64,000 bases of DNA from Mytilus trossulus (Eukaryota): NCBI RefSeq assembly GCF_036588685.1, contig NC_086373.1, positions 90,706,001-90,770,000 of the forward strand, written 5' to 3'. Position numbers and translations under genes: made by a program. How positions within the stretch are numbered: the first letter of the stretch is position 1; every line of letters begins with the position of its first letter. Below the pieces are notes generated by a model that was not told the DNA's origin, searched no databases, and was given only the letters and a program-made list of their open reading frames with translations. Of the stretch, positions 62,941-64,000 are shown in pieces.

Positions 62941-63172
62941 TCAGATCAAAATAGTTAAAAAGCCAAATAAATACAAAGTTGAAGAGCATTGAGGATCCAA
63001 AATTCCAAAAAGTTGTGCCAAATACGGCTAAGGTAATCTACTCCTGGGGTAAGAAATGTTTTGTAAACAGAAAATTTATAAAAATGACCATATGATTGAT
63101 ATTCATGTCAACACCGAAGTGCTGACTACTGGGCTGGTGATACCCTCGGGGACGAAACGTCCACCAGCAGTA

Positions 63173-64000
63173 CATTGGCATTGAAACGAACAAAAAATGT
63201 TTGAAAAAAAATTTGGTTTATTTAACGACAATTTTAATAACAAAATGAAGTGTTTTTTGTCCAAAAAAAATGCATCTAACAACTTTTACTGTAGTCGAAC
63301 GTTACAATGTCAGACATATCAAAATTAATCTTCAGATGACTGTTCACATCATGATTGATCGTTATACGCCAAATAATTAGTATTTTGTGCGCAGCTTCTA
63401 TTCAAACGGATAACCGCATCTAAACATTTTCTGATTCCTGCCATAAATCGACTTATTTGTTGCTAAGGCAGCAACAACCATTTCTGATGAAGGGCATTGT
63501 GTATTTCATGATGTGTTTGAACAGGGGTGTCCTTTCGCGCACTTTCCGACCAATAGTGTCCCATTCATGCTCGATATGGTTTAAATCCGGGCTACAATCG
63601 GGCCAAGGAAGATGAACCGAATTCCATTGGAACAATGGATCTTCCTCCACGATGCTAACTTACAACTTTGTCGAGCTCTGCACTAAATTGGATACGGAAA
63701 ACTGTGTGTCTGTTCGTAAGCAAAGGTCTCCGAAATAGTTTACACACGATAACCAGTAGCGATGAGTCGGTCTCGAACAGTTCTTGTTTAAAGGCTGTTG
63801 TATGCCCATCACTCTCTTTTTTGAAATTGTATTGTATGCAATAGATTTCCTTCTGACCAACCTTAACTAGGCTTGGTTTTCCCTAGCAAATGGTATAAGA
63901 GGTCTTCTTTATCTCAGAAGGTCTTTAACATCGTTCATTGCCTGGTTTTTAATCTCAAAACGACTTATAGTAGAATGGGAATGACCAACAATACGTGCAG
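63173..64000 (-). mobile_element. Degenerate Tc1/mariner transposon (transposase pseudogene), running off the window end
   Basis: Minus-strand WPDCSPDLNHIEHEWD (63453-63650) matches the Tc1 WPxxSPDLNPIE motif. HTH-like RIVGHSHSTISR and TRTVRDRL lie further right. The left end is TA|cattggca. Confidence 0.85.

Larger units (their letters stand above)
62153..63170 (-). mobile_element. Tandem 355-bp hammerhead-containing repeat (retrozyme / Penelope-like terminal repeat), ~2.8 near-identical units
   Basis: Period 355 (62155, 62510, 62865). The third unit has a short deletion and is truncated by a Tc1 element. Each unit has one hammerhead. Confidence 0.85.

Overview
AT-rich eukaryotic genomic DNA with GT-AG introns; the repeat content suggests a bivalve mollusc, possibly Mytilus-like (inference). 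Positions 755-56083 hold a head-to-tail array of eight SLC46-family (PCFT/SLC46A3-like) MFS transporter paralogues on the + strand. All share one four-exon layout: about 1.1 kb, 84 nt, 157 nt (160 in one copy) and a short terminal exon, with intron phases 1, 1, 2. All carry an N-terminal acidic dileucine sorting motif. A relic of a ninth copy lies near 44.7 kb. Downstream, a two-exon gene encodes a secreted 10-Cys prokineticin/astakine-fold peptide. Its start codon is the target site of a 3.75-kb element with CAC...GTG ends, RSS-like 49-bp TIRs and a 5-bp TSD (Transib/RAG-like). The window ends with a tandem 355-bp repeat carrying three intact minimal hammerhead ribozymes (retrozyme-like), interrupted by a Tc1/mariner relic. 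Introns contain minisatellites, nested MITEs, long inverted repeats and an eight-fold tandem amplification of a splice acceptor. All coordinates were derived by eye; no database searches were run.
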